Assembly: GCA_964510985.1 (NCBI GenBank)
Contig: CAZEDC010000030.1
Coordinates: 1,920-65,919, forward strand
Source: an uncultured Dehalococcoidia bacterium
Lineage (GTDB): Bacteria > Chloroflexota > Dehalococcoidia > Lucifugimonadales > CAZEDC01
Length of the DNA stretch: 64,000 nt
Reading direction: 5' to 3'
The translations under genes and the position numbers were made by a program. A model generated the notes under the pieces. It worked only from the letters and a program-made list of their open reading frames with translations, did no database searches and was not told the DNA's origin. Below are positions 49,691 to 58,134 of this stretch, one piece after another. Position 1 is the stretch's first letter; each line of letters begins with the position of its first letter.

Positions 49691-50083
49691 TTAGGCTTCC
49701 GACGGGTTGTCCCGGAGCGCCTTGAGCGCCGGCAGTGCGGCGGCCATGGTGTTGCCCCGGAGCCTGACGTTTCTCAGGATGTTGGCGAAGGCGACGCCGA
49801 AGCCCAACAGGAAGGTAGCCAGCCCAAGGAATGCGAAGGGCAATACCCAGTCCTTGACGGCCTCGATGCTGCCCAACTGGGACAGGATTCCGGTCTCGTC
49901 CGCGTCCCGGACCGCCTTGCTGTTGGTGAAGTAGTCGCCTGCCATCACGGCCAGGACTATCCACGTTACCGCGGATATCATGACAAACATCAGGCCCGCG
50001 ACCCAGAGCGCCCCGGCTATTTTTATGTGCGGCGCCGGTCTCTGGGCCTGTGCTCTCAGCTCATCGTTGCTTGGAATACTCAC
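49691..50083 (-). CDS. Uncharacterised 2-TM membrane protein, single copy of the same repeat
   Basis: GDYFTNSKAVRDA...IEAVKDWVLPFAFLG...ANILRNVR; GTG start after AAGGAGGT. Confidence 0.85.
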   Translation of the reverse strand: MSIPSNDELRAQAQRPAPHIKIAGALWVAGLMFVMISAVTWIVLAVMAGDYFTNSKAVRDADETGILSQLGSIEAVKDWVLPFAFLGLATFLLGFGVAFANILRNVRLRGNTMAAALPALKALRDNPSEA

Positions 50084-50218
50084 TTTTACCTCCTTAAACA
50101 ATTGGGATCACGGTGCGGGCCGCCTTAATATCTGGTTGGCGTCATGTCTCACCTCGTTATACGTTTTTTACAAAGGGCTCCTGATCGTTCGATACCTTCC
50201 ATGGTCGTGGCTGGTTCA

Positions 50219-50689
50219 TCAGTTAAAGGCCGTGTAGAATGCGCCCACCAGGACCCCGAATAAGATGTGGAGCATGAGGAAGCCCATCGCGGTCAGAGGG
50301 GGATAGCTAAGTGCAAAAACGCCCGGAGCGTCTATCTCCCTGTGTCTGATAGCGGGGTGCATCATCGGCAGCATGCCCAGGCCCATGCCCGAGACCATCC
50401 AGTGCACGAGCCCGAAGAGGATTCCCCAGGCGGCCAGCGAATCCTCTACGTCGAAGGCAACAAAAACGGCCACGTGTATCAGGCCGAACACGATGCTCAT
50501 CACAGCGTGTATCATCGCCCCGGCCATGTAGGCCATCTTGCCTTTTCTAAACATCATGGTCCCCAGCATGAGGAACAGGTTCATCCTCATCTGTCGGGGC
50601 ATCATGGCGATTCCCATATAGAGGAGCGCGCTCATGAGCGCTCCCCCTAATAGTCCCGCCAGAACGGCGGCTCCACCGTCAAAACTCAT
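50219..50689 (-). CDS. Met/His-rich 4-TM membrane protein
   Basis: 156 aa with 21 Met and 6 His by hand count; GAMIH, GLVHW and LHILFG within TM segments; RBS AGGAGG. Confidence 0.85.
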   Translation of the reverse strand: MSFDGGAAVLAGLLGGALMSALLYMGIAMMPRQMRMNLFLMLGTMMFRKGKMAYMAGAMIHAVMSIVFGLIHVAVFVAFDVEDSLAAWGILFGLVHWMVSGMGLGMLPMMHPAIRHREIDAPGVFALSYPPLTAMGFLMLHILFGVLVGAFYTAFN

Positions 50690-50769
50690 TCCGGTTCCCT
50701 CCTGACAATCGCTCCGGTCTACCGGTGCGCTGTCATTAAATGTGATGTGGTCGAGTTGCCCGGCGGTTC

Positions 50770-50785
50770 TGTGGTCTTGCATACA
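50770..50785. promoter_or_regulatory. Candidate Crp/Fnr-family operator in the divergent spacer
   Basis: TGTG-GTCTTGCA-TACA resembles TGTG-N8-CACA. Confidence 0.35.
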
Positions 50786-50853
50786 AAACATGCGCAACCT
50801 CAACCGGACATGGCACCGTATATCCATTTCCGTCGTCCGGCATCTAAGGGGAT

Positions 50854-51120
50854 GTGAAAGCATCATTGGGCGTGCTGAAGGTATTCATATCCGCGGGGTG
50901 CCGCGGTTGCAGGCGAGCCCTGGAACTGGTGGAGTTGGTGCGGAGACAGAGACCGAGCCTGAGCATCCAGGTGATCGATCTGTCTAAAGTGCCGGAGGCG
51001 GGGCTTGGCCTGGTATTCGCGGTGCCGACGTACGTTTACGAAAACAGGCCGATCTTCCTGGGCAACCCCAGCAGACAGGAACTCGAGGCCTGGCTGAACA
51101 CGCTTGGCGCGGAGGTGTGA
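50854..51120 (+). CDS. Small thioredoxin-fold protein (CxxC)
   Basis: VFISAGCRGC, VIDL, AVPT (cis-Pro position), FLGNP. Confidence 0.75.
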   Translation: MKASLGVLKVFISAGCRGCRRALELVELVRRQRPSLSIQVIDLSKVPEAGLGLVFAVPTYVYENRPIFLGNPSRQELEAWLNTLGAEV

Positions 51121-51123
51121 GTT

Positions 51124-51882
51124 ATGTGGCCGCTGCTGGATAAGGGCAGTAGCCGGTCGAAGGCGAACGTAGGCCCCGCACTGGAGCCCTCTCCGTTCGA
51201 GGCCGGCAAGGTGGAACTCCTGAGCGCCATGGACATCTTTCAGGACCTGGCCGAGCCTGAGATCGAGGCGCTGATGAGCGACGCCCCCATGCTTACCGCA
51301 CGCAAGGGCACCAGGTTTTACGGCGCCGAAGACGGCCCCGAGGTGCTGTTCCTGCTTAAGTCCGGCCGGGTCGAACTCTACCGCGAGTCACCGGACGGCA
51401 AGAAGCTCACGCTGGCCGTCGTGGAGCGGGGTACGTTCTTCGGGGAGATGTCGTTGGTGGGCCAGCGTCTGGTGGGGACGTGCGCGGTCGCCCTCGAGGA
51501 CAGCGTCATCTGCGCCCTGAGCCGCCACGACGTGCAATCCCTGACACTGGAGCACCCGGCGGTGGCATTTCGGATCATCGAGGTCATGGGCCGCCGGTTT
51601 CAGCAGGCCCGGAACGCCTTCCAGGAGATGGCCTTCAACGACCTGACGGGACGAGTCGCCGGCCTGCTGCTGCGGCTTGCCGACGATGGGACCGACGTTG
51701 TGGAAGGATATTCGCACCGAGACCTGGCAGCCATGTTAGGATGCCTCCGCGAAAGCCTCACGGTGGCCCTGGACCGGTTCAAGGAGAGCGACGCCCTGGC
51801 CATCGGCCGCAAGCGGATCGAGATAATCGACCGCGCCCAGCTCGAGAGGGTGGTCGGCCAGAGGACCGGTCTATCGGGCTGA
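51124..51882 (+). CDS. Crp/Fnr family transcriptional regulator
   Basis: LKSGRV, FFGEMSL, RVAGLLL, HRDLAAMLGCLRESLT HTH. Confidence 0.92.
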   Translation: MWPLLDKGSSRSKANVGPALEPSPFEAGKVELLSAMDIFQDLAEPEIEALMSDAPMLTARKGTRFYGAEDGPEVLFLLKSGRVELYRESPDGKKLTLAVVERGTFFGEMSLVGQRLVGTCAVALEDSVICALSRHDVQSLTLEHPAVAFRIIEVMGRRFQQARNAFQEMAFNDLTGRVAGLLLRLADDGTDVVEGYSHRDLAAMLGCLRESLTVALDRFKESDALAIGRKRIEIIDRAQLERVVGQRTGLSG

Positions 51883-52638
51883 CGGGCTCCTGTGCCATTG
51901 GGGGTTCCAGGGCGCGGCCAATCCGGCGACGTTCGAACCCTGCCCCAGCTCGTCCAGAGTACGCGACTCGGTCTCCCAGCCGAAGGCCTCCCCGAAATGA
52001 CGGTCCAGCACGGGGATGACCTGCCGGACCTCGATCGGACTCCCCAACTCGGCGGCCCCCAACTCGGCGGCCATGGAGGTCACGGGGGCGTCGGGCATCC
52101 CGCAGGGGACGATGTGGTCGAAGTAGGAAAGGTCCGGGTTGACGTTCAGCGCGAAGCCGTGCATGGTTACACCCCGGCTGACCTTGACGCCGATGGCGGT
52201 TATCTTGGCGTCGCCGACCCAGACGCCTGTCGGCCTGTCGTCGCTCTCGCCTCTGATGCCGAACTCCGCCAACGTGGATATGAGGGACCGCTCCAGGGTC
52301 CGTACGTATGCGAGCGGCCCACCCCCCCAGGCGCGAAGGTTGACGATGGGGTAGCCGACGAGCTGGCCGGGGCCGTGGTAGGTGACCTCGCCTCCCCGGT
52401 CTATGTGGTGGACCTGAACCCCCAGTTCCGGGAGCTCTTCGGGATTTGCCAGGATGTCCGACGCCACGCCCCTGCGGCCAAGGGTGTAGACGTGGGGATG
52501 CTCCAGCAGCAGGAGCAGGTTGGGCAGCCGCCCGCCGGCCACCTCTCGATGGAGTTTTTTCTGTTGCTCCCAGGAGGCTGAGTACTCGACCAGACCCTGG
52601 GATATTACGACGCAGTTGTCTGGCATTTCGTCCTTCAT
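51871..52638 (-). CDS. lipB: Lipoyl(octanoyl) transferase
   Basis: LEHPHVYTLG, RGGEVTYHGPGQLVGYP, KITAIG, HGFALN, IVPCG. Confidence 0.96.
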   Translation of the reverse strand: MKDEMPDNCVVISQGLVEYSASWEQQKKLHREVAGGRLPNLLLLLEHPHVYTLGRRGVASDILANPEELPELGVQVHHIDRGGEVTYHGPGQLVGYPIVNLRAWGGGPLAYVRTLERSLISTLAEFGIRGESDDRPTGVWVGDAKITAIGVKVSRGVTMHGFALNVNPDLSYFDHIVPCGMPDAPVTSMAAELGAAELGSPIEVRQVIPVLDRHFGEAFGWETESRTLDELGQGSNVAGLAAPWNPQWHRSPSAR

Positions 52639-52657
52639 CGGATCGAGTGGCCGTTGT

Positions 52658-53923
52658 CTAGTAGATCTCGGTGTCGGGCCCGATAGCCCCGAGCCGCTGT
52701 TTGACGGTGCGAGTGAAGGCGCCGGCCTCCGCGCCGTCCATGATCCGATGGTCGAATGTGAGGCACACGTTCATCATGGAGCGAATCGAAATGGCGTCGT
52801 TGACGACAACCGGTCGTTTGACGATGGACTCGGTGGCCAGGATAGCGGCCTGGGGGTAGTTCACCAGCGGACGCGACATGAAAGAGCCCAGTGGGCCCGT
52901 ATTGTTGAGGGTGAACGTGCCGCCCTGGACATCGGATAGCGTGAGCTTGCTCTCCCTCGCCCTGGTCGTAAGGTCATGGACCGCCCTGGCCAGCCCCGTG
53001 ATGCTCAGTGAGTCGGCGTCGTGTATCACCGGGACGACCAGCCCGCCGGGCGCCGCCGCGGCAATCCCGATGTTGATGCGTCGTTTGAGGATGATAGCGT
53101 CGGCGTCCCAGGTGGAGTTGAGCAGCGGGTGCTCCTTGAGGGACTCGGCCAGCACGCTCAGGACGAAGGGCAGGTAGGTGAGGTTGATGCCTTCTCTCTG
53201 CTGGAACCCGTCCTTGAGCGACTCTCTGCACTGTACCAGGCCGGTAACGTCCACCTCCACGATGCTCCAGGCCTGGGGAATCTGAGTGGAGCTTTTAACC
53301 ATGTTGTCGGCTATCATGCGGCGGACCGGGGTAAGCGGCACCCGCTCTTCGTCGTCGGCCGTGGACGGAGGCGGCCCGGCAGCAAGCTCACCGGCCGATT
53401 CAATATATAACTGGACATCCTTCCGTGTAACGCGGCCGCCCATGCCCGTCCCGGTAACCCGGGCCAGATCAACCCCGTGCTCCTGGGCGAGCCGCTGGAC
53501 CGCGGGCGAGTGGCGTTGTCGAGACGGCCCGACGGCAACCTCTCGGCGTGTGTCCACAGCGGGGACACCCGCACCGGTCGGACCGCCGGGGGCATCTCCC
53601 TTCAGCAGGACCCCCGTCGTGTCGATGGCGCCGGTTTTGGGGGCGGGAACCACGGCGGGCGTCTCGCCGGCGGCGGCTCCCTCGTCCTCGCCATCCACCT
53701 TGATGTCGGCGATGATCCCGCCCATGGGGACGGTCTCCCCCTCCTGGGCCAGGATGCCGGTCAGCACGCCGGAAACGGGGGACGGCATCTCCATGTTCAC
53801 CTTGTCGGTGACGACCTCCACCAGCAGGTCGTACTTCTCGACCCGGTCGCCGATCTTCACCAGCCACCTGCCGATGATACCCTCTGTGACGGACTCGCCT
53901 ATCTGTGGCAACTCGATCTTCAT
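52658..53923 (-). CDS. 2-oxoacid dehydrogenase E2 (dihydrolipoamide acyltransferase)
   Basis: TDKVNME lipoyl motif, SPAVQRLA..GTGMGGRVT, DHRIMDG. Confidence 0.95.
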   Translation of the reverse strand: MKIELPQIGESVTEGIIGRWLVKIGDRVEKYDLLVEVVTDKVNMEMPSPVSGVLTGILAQEGETVPMGGIIADIKVDGEDEGAAAGETPAVVPAPKTGAIDTTGVLLKGDAPGGPTGAGVPAVDTRREVAVGPSRQRHSPAVQRLAQEHGVDLARVTGTGMGGRVTRKDVQLYIESAGELAAGPPPSTADDEERVPLTPVRRMIADNMVKSSTQIPQAWSIVEVDVTGLVQCRESLKDGFQQREGINLTYLPFVLSVLAESLKEHPLLNSTWDADAIILKRRINIGIAAAAPGGLVVPVIHDADSLSITGLARAVHDLTTRARESKLTLSDVQGGTFTLNNTGPLGSFMSRPLVNYPQAAILATESIVKRPVVVNDAISIRSMMNVCLTFDHRIMDGAEAGAFTRTVKQRLGAIGPDTEIY

Positions 53924-53932
53924 GGGTTGATA

Positions 53933-53991
53933 TTAGCTATCAGGATTCAGCGATCAGATTTCAGCCCTGACGGCTGAGAGATGATGGTTAA
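53933..53991. repeat. Heptamer-periodic inverted repeat array
   Basis: TTAGCTA-TCAGGAT-TCAGCGA-TCAGATT-TCAGCC followed by CTGACGG-CTGAGAG-ATGATGG. Confidence 0.6.
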
Positions 53992-53995
53992 ACTC

Positions 53996-54979
53996 TCAGT
54001 AACGGGCAAGGCGGCGGACGGCATCGGCGATCTTGGCGGAGTTGATCATGAACATGTCCTCCAGCGGCGGACTGAAGGGCATGGCCGGAACCTCCGGTCC
54101 TGCCAGGCGGGTGACAGGGCCGTCCAGGTGATCGAAGGCCTCCTCCGATATAATGGCGGCCACTTCGGCCCCGATTCCTCCGGCTTTGTTGTCCTCGTGG
54201 ACTATCAGCGCCTTGCCCGTCTTCTTCACCGATTCGAGCATCGTCTCTTTGTCCAGTGGCCGGACGGTCCGCAGGTCCACTACCTCGGCGTCGACGCCCT
54301 CCCCGGCCAACTCGTTGGCCGCCTCCATGCAGTGGTGGACCATGAGGCCGTAGGTTATCAGACTGACATCGGCGCCATCACGCTTAACGTCGGCCGCTCC
54401 GAGAGGCACCGTGTACTCAGATTCCGGGACCTCTCCCTTGACCATGCGGTAGGTCCGCTTGTGCTCCAGAAATATTACGGGATCGTCGCTTCGTATGGCG
54501 CTCTTGAGGAGGCCCTTGGCGTCGTACGGAGTGGCCGGGGTTACAACGGTCAGCCCCGGCGCGTGGGCGAAGTAAGCCTCCACGCTCTGGGAGTGGTAGA
54601 GCGCTCCGCGCACACCGCCGCCATAGGGCGCCCGGACCACCAGGGGGACGCAGACCTGGCCGTTGGAGCCGTAGCGGATTCGGGCGGCCTCTCCCACAAG
54701 CTGGTTGATTGTAGGCCAGATGAAGTCGGCGAACTCGATCTCGGCGATGGGTCGCATGCCGTTGACCGCCGCGCCGACGGCGATACCGGCGATAGACGAC
54801 TCGGCCAGCGGGGTGTCGATCACACGGGCCTCGCCAAACCCGTCCAGAAAACCGTCGGTTGCCAGGAAGACGCCGCCCCTGGCGCCTACGTCCTCCCCCA
54901 TGACGAACACGCGCTCATCCAGGACCATTTCCTCGCGCATGGCCTCGCGGACCGCCTCCAGCACCGTCTTGACCGCTAT
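53996..54979 (-). CDS. 2-oxoacid dehydrogenase E1 beta (branched-chain-like)
   Basis: GEDVG..GGVF, DTPLAE, EFADF, HSQS, FLEHK; start is ATA at 54979 or GTG at 54964. Confidence 0.95.
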   Translation of the reverse strand: MAVKTVLEAVREAMREEMVLDERVFVMGEDVGARGGVFLATDGFLDGFGEARVIDTPLAESSIAGIAVGAAVNGMRPIAEIEFADFIWPTINQLVGEAARIRYGSNGQVCVPLVVRAPYGGGVRGALYHSQSVEAYFAHAPGLTVVTPATPYDAKGLLKSAIRSDDPVIFLEHKRTYRMVKGEVPESEYTVPLGAADVKRDGADVSLITYGLMVHHCMEAANELAGEGVDAEVVDLRTVRPLDKETMLESVKKTGKALIVHEDNKAGGIGAEVAAIISEEAFDHLDGPVTRLAGPEVPAMPFSPPLEDMFMINSAKIADAVRRLARY

Positions 54980-56016
54980 GGCGCACCTCCCGGCGGCGAG
55001 TAGACGTGGTCGTAAAATCCTTCGGTCCCGGTATAGGCCGCCGCCTCGACGGACTCAGTGGCCTCGTTGACCTCGCGCTTGGCGTCGTCGTGCATCACCT
55101 TGTCCGTTTCCTCGGTCAGGATGCCCTGTTCCATGAGCTGCTCCTTGAATATCTTGAGCGGGTCGCTCTTGCGGGCCTCCTCGATCTCCTCTTTGGTCCT
55201 GTAGCGGAGGTCGTCGTCGTCGCTGGTGTGAGGCAGGTACCGTTCTACCATGGCCTCTATCAAGGTCGGCCCCTGCCCGCTCCTGGCCCGGCTAACGGCC
55301 TCCGACGTGGCCTCGAACACGGCGAGGACGTCGCGGCCGTCCACCTGCACGCCAGGCATGCCGTAGCCCTCGGCTCGGTGGGCGATGCCGTCCACCGCCA
55401 TCTGCTTGTAAAGCGGGACGGAGATGGCGAACCTGTTGTTCTCGCAGAAGAATATGACCGGGAGTTTATGGACACCGGCGAAGTTCATGGCCTCATGGCA
55501 GTCCCCCATGCTGGATGCGCCGTCGCCGAAGTAGACGACGACGACTGTGTCTTCACCGCGCATCTTCGACGCCAGGGCGGCGCCTACGGCCTGAGGTATG
55601 TGGGTTGCCACGACATTGGAAAAGTTGTAGATACGGTGCTTGGGGTATGCGCCATGTGTGGGGAACTGGCGGGCGCCGCTCAGGGGTTCGCCGGCCTTGG
55701 CCAAAAAGCCCAGCATGATCTCTCTGGGGGTCATGCCGGCGCTCAGCAGGACGGCCAGGTCCCGGTAGTAGATGTAGAGATGGTCGTGTCCGAGGCGGAG
55801 CGCCCAAACGCTGCCAATCTGGGCCGCCTCATGGCCCTGGGACGAGGCCACGATGGCCGCCTTGCCCTGGCGGTTCAGCATCCAGATGCGCTCGTCCAGG
55901 GTGCGGCACAGCACCATCTGGCGGTACATCTCCTGCAGCTTGTCGTTGTCGAGACTCGGGGCGTCGCCCCGGCTGGGCGAATCCAGCGCGGTGATATCGC
56001 TCTCGCCATCTGCCAT
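54976..56016 (-). CDS. 2-oxoacid dehydrogenase E1 alpha (branched-chain-like)
   Basis: GHEAAQ, YYRD, GDGA...ENN TPP-binding motif, HTSDDD. Confidence 0.95.
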   Translation of the reverse strand: MADGESDITALDSPSRGDAPSLDNDKLQEMYRQMVLCRTLDERIWMLNRQGKAAIVASSQGHEAAQIGSVWALRLGHDHLYIYYRDLAVLLSAGMTPREIMLGFLAKAGEPLSGARQFPTHGAYPKHRIYNFSNVVATHIPQAVGAALASKMRGEDTVVVVYFGDGASSMGDCHEAMNFAGVHKLPVIFFCENNRFAISVPLYKQMAVDGIAHRAEGYGMPGVQVDGRDVLAVFEATSEAVSRARSGQGPTLIEAMVERYLPHTSDDDDLRYRTKEEIEEARKSDPLKIFKEQLMEQGILTEETDKVMHDDAKREVNEATESVEAAAYTGTEGFYDHVYSPPGGAP

Positions 56017-56243
56017 AACTGGTCCCTTGGATTGGTGTAAATAGGTTGGAAACCCGTTGCCCACCAAGCCCATTATATGCGGCTTTTTCGCCCTCCGTCA
56101 AAATATTTTATGGATGACGTGGCCATGGTCGCTCGGCCTGAGAGCCGGCCCCAAATTACAGGGAGCGGTTCTTGGACAAGCCTAGAGGGGCTGTGTGAGA
56201 CTATGGCTGGTTAATCGGATGGTGTCCCACTCGTATTTGGGTT

Positions 56244-56280
56244 AAAAACAGAGCGGACCCCGACCAGTCAGGGTCCGCTC
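56244..56280 (-). terminator. Intrinsic terminator after the class IV aminotransferase
   Basis: GAGCGGACCC...GGGTCCGCTC stem followed by TGTTTTT on the minus strand. Confidence 0.7.
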
Positions 56281-56308
56281 CATGGGCTTGACTCAGGTGA
56301 AAACAGCC

Positions 56309-57217
56309 CTACTCCAGCCGGTCCAGGTATTGACCCACGATGTCCGTGCCCACCAGGCCGCTGTAGGCCTTCTGGAGCCGGTCGGTGACCGACCCCGGTA
56401 CGCCACCGTCCCCGACGGGCGAGCCGTTTATCGATGAGACGGCGCAGATACAGAAACTGGTCGAAGTCACGAAGACCTCGTCGGCGATGTAGGCGTCGTA
56501 GAGGTCGATGTCAGCCTCGTGAATCTCGATGTTCAGCTCGTGGGCCAGGTCTATCGCAGTCTGGCGGCTGATTCCGGCCAGTATGTACTGCTCCTTGGGC
56601 GTACTTATCACGCCATCCTTGACGAGGAACAGGTTGCTGCCCGGGCCCTCGGCGAGGTTCCCGTTGACGTCCAGTAGGATGGGCCATGCATCCGGGTTCT
56701 GCGCCTTGACCTCCAGTTCGGCCAGCACCAGGTTTATATAGTTGTTGACCTTGGCTCGGGGGCTTATTGCCTCGGGTGGAGTCCGTCTTATCGACGGCGT
56801 GACCACGGGGAGGCCGTCCCGGTAGTACTTGGCCCTGGCCACGAAGGGCAGAGGGGTACATTCGATGATAACAGAGTGCCTCGACGGCTCTCCGGGTCCT
56901 CCAGGCACCCCTCTCGTCACCCGTTGGGTGACCCAGTAGTCGTCGTTCTCGCCCAGAAGAGGTGTGTTGGTATCCAGCACCTGCATGGTGAGGTCCGCCA
57001 TCTTTTCCTTGGTCATGCCGGGGTCGATGCGCATGTACTTCAAGGAGTTGTAGAACCGGTCCAGGTGTCCGCCCAGTTTGAATATACGTCCCCCGAATGT
57101 TCGAGTCGTATCGAAGACCGCATCACCGTGGGTGAAGCCCTGGTCCCTGAACGATATTTTCCCCTGGCTCTCTGGGACGATCTCGCCGTCGATGTACACG
57201 ACCCTCTCGGTGGCCAT
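56309..57217 (-). CDS. PLP class IV aminotransferase (IlvE/Dat-like)
   Basis: DQGFTHGDAVF, HLDR, AK..NY, EGPGSN, LAGISR, ADEVF.TST. Confidence 0.92.
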   Translation of the reverse strand: MATERVVYIDGEIVPESQGKISFRDQGFTHGDAVFDTTRTFGGRIFKLGGHLDRFYNSLKYMRIDPGMTKEKMADLTMQVLDTNTPLLGENDDYWVTQRVTRGVPGGPGEPSRHSVIIECTPLPFVARAKYYRDGLPVVTPSIRRTPPEAISPRAKVNNYINLVLAELEVKAQNPDAWPILLDVNGNLAEGPGSNLFLVKDGVISTPKEQYILAGISRQTAIDLAHELNIEIHEADIDLYDAYIADEVFVTSTSFCICAVSSINGSPVGDGGVPGSVTDRLQKAYSGLVGTDIVGQYLDRLE

Positions 57218-57415
57218 TTCCAATACCTCCATGTTGCCGCTCCGTATAGAGCGGTATAACTTGAGCAGACGACACTTGGCCTGGTGGCTAAGGAGATTGG
57301 GATCTCAGTCGGTAAGACGGCCCTTCGATTGCTGCTCCGCCATAGACGCGTTCGAATCCGGCCTCAACTATAGCACAACCGAATTTGCGCAGCGACAGGC
57401 GATGGGCATTTACGA

Positions 57416-58129
57416 CTAAGGACCGCGAAAGCGATATCCCACGTTCCAGATGGTCTCGATGAAGGAGTGGCCGGCGTCCTCGATCTTGCTGCGAAGCCGC
57501 CGGATGTGGACGTCTACGGTACGGGTCCCGCCGAAATAGTCGAAACCCCAGATCTGGCTGAGTAGCGCCTCTCGAGTGTAGACCCTGCCGGGGTTGCTCG
57601 CCAGGAGTCGGAGGAGCTCGTACTCCTTGAACCGGAGGGTGATGCGCCTCCCCCTGAGTGTGACCTCGTAAGTTGTGGGGTTGATGACCAGGTCTCCCAT
57701 GCGGATAGAGTCGGCGTCGCCCGGCGACCTGGTCCTGAGAAGAACCCGCCGGGCCCGGGTGGCGACCTCTCCGGGCCTGGCCGGGACTATCGCGAAATCG
57801 TCGATACCCGGAGGCAAGTCCACGATATCTACCCTGTCCTCTGGGACCAGCGATATCACCGATATCTTCAGCTGCGCGCATCTCCGGACGCAGCGTCTGA
57901 CGTCGCCGTGGCTCATGGAAGACATGTCCACCAGTGCGAGTTGGGGCGGCGAGTCCCCGGAGATGGAGTCCAGGTCCTCTTCGGAAGACACCACCACTGC
58001 CTCTATCCCCTGCTCGTCGAGGGCGGCAAGCATTTCAGCCCGTGGCGAGCCGTCACCTGCCGGATGTATTCGCTCGATAGTCATGCGGCGCCTCTTGGAT
58101 ACTCGGCCGGCGATGGTCCGCCGGTTCAA
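57416..58129 (-). CDS. Orphan OmpR-type regulator, GlnR-like
   Basis: KEYELL, WGFDYFGGTRTVDVHIRRLRSK, GYRF; degenerate receiver domain; alternative start at 58084. Confidence 0.85.
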   Translation of the reverse strand: MNRRTIAGRVSKRRRMTIERIHPAGDGSPRAEMLAALDEQGIEAVVVSSEEDLDSISGDSPPQLALVDMSSMSHGDVRRCVRRCAQLKISVISLVPEDRVDIVDLPPGIDDFAIVPARPGEVATRARRVLLRTRSPGDADSIRMGDLVINPTTYEVTLRGRRITLRFKEYELLRLLASNPGRVYTREALLSQIWGFDYFGGTRTVDVHIRRLRSKIEDAGHSFIETIWNVGYRFRGP

Positions 58130-58134
58130 TCATC

